A stretch of 63,414 nt of DNA, counting the filler, from Lenisia limosa (taxonomy: Eukaryota; Protista; Breviatea), in assembly GCA_001655205.1 (NCBI GenBank). It is 9 parts of 9 records of this genome, joined end to end, with 100 filler letters (N's around TTAATTAATTAA, not from the genome) between each part and the next. Parts side by side here need not be neighbours in the genome. Positions count along the whole stretch, not along the records: positions 58,515 to 62,178 come from LPNZ01002519.1; positions 62,279 to 63,414 come from LPNZ01000979.1; 7 more parts are not named here. The stretch is one strand, 5' to 3'. The notes under the pieces are model-generated. The model ran no database searches. It was not told the origin of the DNA and was given only the letters and a program-made list of their open reading frames with translations. Shown piece after piece: positions 61,097-63,414 of this stretch. Within the stretch, counting starts at the first letter, position 1; the number at the start of each line of letters is the position of its first letter. A program made the position numbers and the translations under genes.

Positions 61097-61858
61097 TCAC
61101 TTCTTCAGCGTGCGAGTACGAACTGGGGTCTTGCGCTTGGCTGGGGCTTTGGCACGGTTAATCTATATTAGTTATTAGAGTCACAAACGTTCCTGGTAAA
61201 ACAGTGCCATACTTCCCCCTTAAAAATAAACCAACCTTGGGTTTGTTCGTTGGGACCTTTTTGGTAGAGAGGGAAATCCAAACCACAAACCAGAAGCTTG
61301 AAGAGGTCCGAGTGGGCCTTGACAAAGCGAGTGGCCCACTTGGCGGAGAAAGCGACATCTTTTCCGGTGGACTTCAGAACGGGTTCAGAAGCCTGCAATA
61401 GTTACTGGATTCTCAACAACCCCACTGGAGGGATTCAGAAAAAAAATAAGCATCACCAAGACAATATAACACCCCTTCAAACTTTTTGACGAAGTAGTTT
61501 CATTGAGGGGGGACGGCGACAAAACTGTTCCTCAACAATCCAGGAGATCAGGGGGCCTAGGAGACCATCAGGGAGCTTAGGGTTTCTGCCACCTTTTGAG
61601 TCACCAACAATGACGTTCTTTGTATTAGACTTGCAAAGACGGCTGATGGTGGGCTGGGGGGATGCCTGTAGCACAAGAGAGAGAGCGCTGAGAGTAACGG
61701 ACTCCTTGTGCGTAGGCCTCCTTTTGAAGGGAATCAACCTTCTCCTGGCTCGAAAGAGTTTCAAAGCCTTGAATACGGCGCTTTACACGCTTGAGGAAAT
61801 CTGCTTCTTTGCGAACCTTTTCAGAGAATTCATGCTTCTCAGCTATAGGGGCTACCAT
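61097..61858 (-). CDS. CENP-B/pogo(Tc5)-type tandem HTH DNA-binding protein without a DDE domain, three exons, one homopolymer frameshift
   Basis: Exons 61483-61858, 61291-61392 and 61097-61162. YSQRSLSCATGIPQPTISRL (psq-like HTH, needs -1 at the G6 run 61646-61651), GRNPKL linker, LISWIVEEQ..RPPSMKLLRQKA...FSAKWATRFVKAH (HTH_Tnp_Tc5-like), then a basic tail and TGA. Confidence 0.65.
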
Positions 61859-62378
61859 GTTTATAATACACTAATTTACCAACAATGAGAGGACTTTCAG
61901 GAAAAATGAACAACTTTTTCCATTTTGATTTATATGAACGCCATTGAGTCGGCGCGCATTCACTAAATTCAAAAACTTCTCATTTCTCGAGGTAGTCACC
62001 CATATTTTGACTTTTTTTTTTCTTACAAACATTTATTTGTCACCTGTGCCATTTATTTCACTACACAAAGTACTCAAGCATCTCAAAATACAGTGAGTCC
62101 AAAAATCGTGTTTATATGCAATAAAGAGGGACTTTCCTTATTATGTAAGTTTATTATATTGTATCAACCTAAGAGACCNNNNNNNNNNNNNNNNNNNNNN
62201 NNNNNNNNNNNNNNNNNNNNNNTTAATTAATTAANNNNNNNNNNNNNNNNNNNNNNNNNNNNNNNNNNNNNNNNNNNNAGTTATTTGGACCGTTCATGCC
62301 ATTTGCTCGGGATCTGTGCTCTATATGGCGACCAGAGTTCCCCTCCACCCTAAAACTCCAGGGTAGGAGGTGATGGAT

Positions 62379-62473
62379 GGGTCTCCCTTTGGTCCGAAAA
62401 AGATCGTTTAAATATCGAATCTCTCGAGGATTTATCGAGAGATTCTGTCTTTTTTGGGACTGGAGGGAAGCCC
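62379..62473. mobile_element. Palindromic MITE copy (CCC variant)
   Basis: CTCCCTTTGGTCCGAAAAAGA...TCGAGGATTTATCGAGA...GTCTTTTTTGGGACTGGAGGGAAGCCC. Related copies at 92-172, 12288-12358 and ~58260-58298. Confidence 0.7.
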
Positions 62474-62822
62474 CAGGTATCACCCTTCTTTTCTTTTTAC
62501 CAATGATCAGATCTTGATCACCCCCCACCAACACAAAACCGCTCTTGCTCCCAACTCCAGACATCGCACACATTTCTCACCAAATAGGTTCATCTTTGAG
62601 TACTTCCACATGCTTCATTGGGGATCTTGTAGGAGTGGTTTCGGTCAACTAACTTACCATTTACCTATTCACTCTCAGACATCCCATGAATTAATTTCAG
62701 CACTTGGGCAGGCTAAATGACCTTGGTCTTTATAAGCATATTGTTTCGCAGTTAGATGCTCTCTTTTTCTCCCTTTTGAATTTATCTTCGAGAAAAAGAG
62801 CAATAATATCATAGTATAGTTA

Positions 62823-62919
62823 GGGCTTCACTTCGGTTTGAAAAAGACAGGGAAAATATCGATAGATTTCGAGGATTTATCGAGAAATTCAGTCTTTTTT
62901 TCTAACCGAAGTGAAGCCC
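62823..62919. mobile_element. 97-bp palindromic MITE (best copy), PIF/Harbinger(Tourist)-like ends
   Basis: Perfect 16-bp TIR GGGCTTCACTTCGGTT / AACCGAAGTGAAGCCC with inner AAAAAGAC/GTCTTTTT; core ATCGA..TCGAGGATTTATCGAGA; preceded by TTA. Confidence 0.8.
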
Positions 62920-63034
62920 CTTGTTGATAATTATTAATTAGGGGTTTCACTGTTGTCCTAGTCAGTGTTATCACATAACACCATCATTTTGACCCTAATC
63001 ATTCCCTTATTTAACGCGCTTTTGACGCTTCAGG

Positions 63035-63140
63035 CCTCCTTGCTCAGATCGCGTGCATCTGCTTCTTCTTTTCCTTCATCATTCTCCCTGCGGTTCTCGG
63101 GCCGAGCGGGATTATTCTGGTCCAGTTCTTCATGGTTGCC
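63035..63140 (-). CDS. Probable terminal acidic exon of a gene extending beyond the window
   Basis: tag|AATATGGC...: EYGNHEELDQNNPARPENRRENDEGKEEADARDLSKEA*. Confidence 0.3.
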
Positions 63141-63414
63141 ATATTCTATGGTGAGACGGGCTTGGTTTTAACCCGAAAAGACCTGATGAAATATCAGTGT
63201 CAGGAAAAAATATGGTAGAGATGAAATAATATGAACCTAGGGATACAATATACTATCATATGCGGCACACAAAAAGCTGTGTGTACAGAGTTGTAAGGAA
63301 AATGATTGAGTGAATTAGTATTATACTGTAATCCAATATCTCAAAAAGCGTGATGGTGACGGCTTCGACCAATCTTTTTTTTTTTTTAATTCCTCATTGC
63401 TGTATTGGGATGCC

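Noticed and set aside
11725-62234. Regularly recurring TTAATTAATTAA palindrome flanked by Ns
   Set aside because: It is an identical 100-bp N44-12mer-N44 construct with stops in all frames, i.e. an assembly spacer and not biology. Gene neighbourhoods across it are not interpretable.

Overview
Draft-assembly window from an intron-dense unicellular eukaryote. It is about 40% GC by eye, has GT-AG introns mostly of 60-500 nt, and uses the standard code; an amoebozoan is a tentative guess. It is not prokaryotic, so the supplied ORF track mostly captures fragments or noise. There are many N gaps and eight artificial N44-TTAATTAATTAA-N44 contig spacers, so adjacency across those spacers is not trustworthy. 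Genes reconstructed exon by exon: sphingosine-1-phosphate lyase (+), a signal-peptide RCC1-repeat protein (-), tubulin-folding cofactor D (-) head-to-head with an LRR + filamin-repeat protein (+), lariat debranching enzyme DBR1 (+), a large OTU-domain gene (-), a CENP-B/pogo HTH-only gene (-), and several unassignable multi-exon genes. Mobile and repetitive content: a Tc1/mariner relic with derived mini-MITEs, a DIRS/Ngaro-type tyrosine-recombinase retroelement interrupted by a hAT-type MITE with an 8-bp TSD, a possible Crypton-like recombinase relic, a 97-bp palindromic MITE family, a ~200-bp dispersed repeat with a UUCG hairpin, a 28S rRNA fragment and a tRNA-like relic. The most striking observation is that TBCD carries about 280 extra residues, encoded by ten phase-compatible exons, inside its normally short acidic loop.
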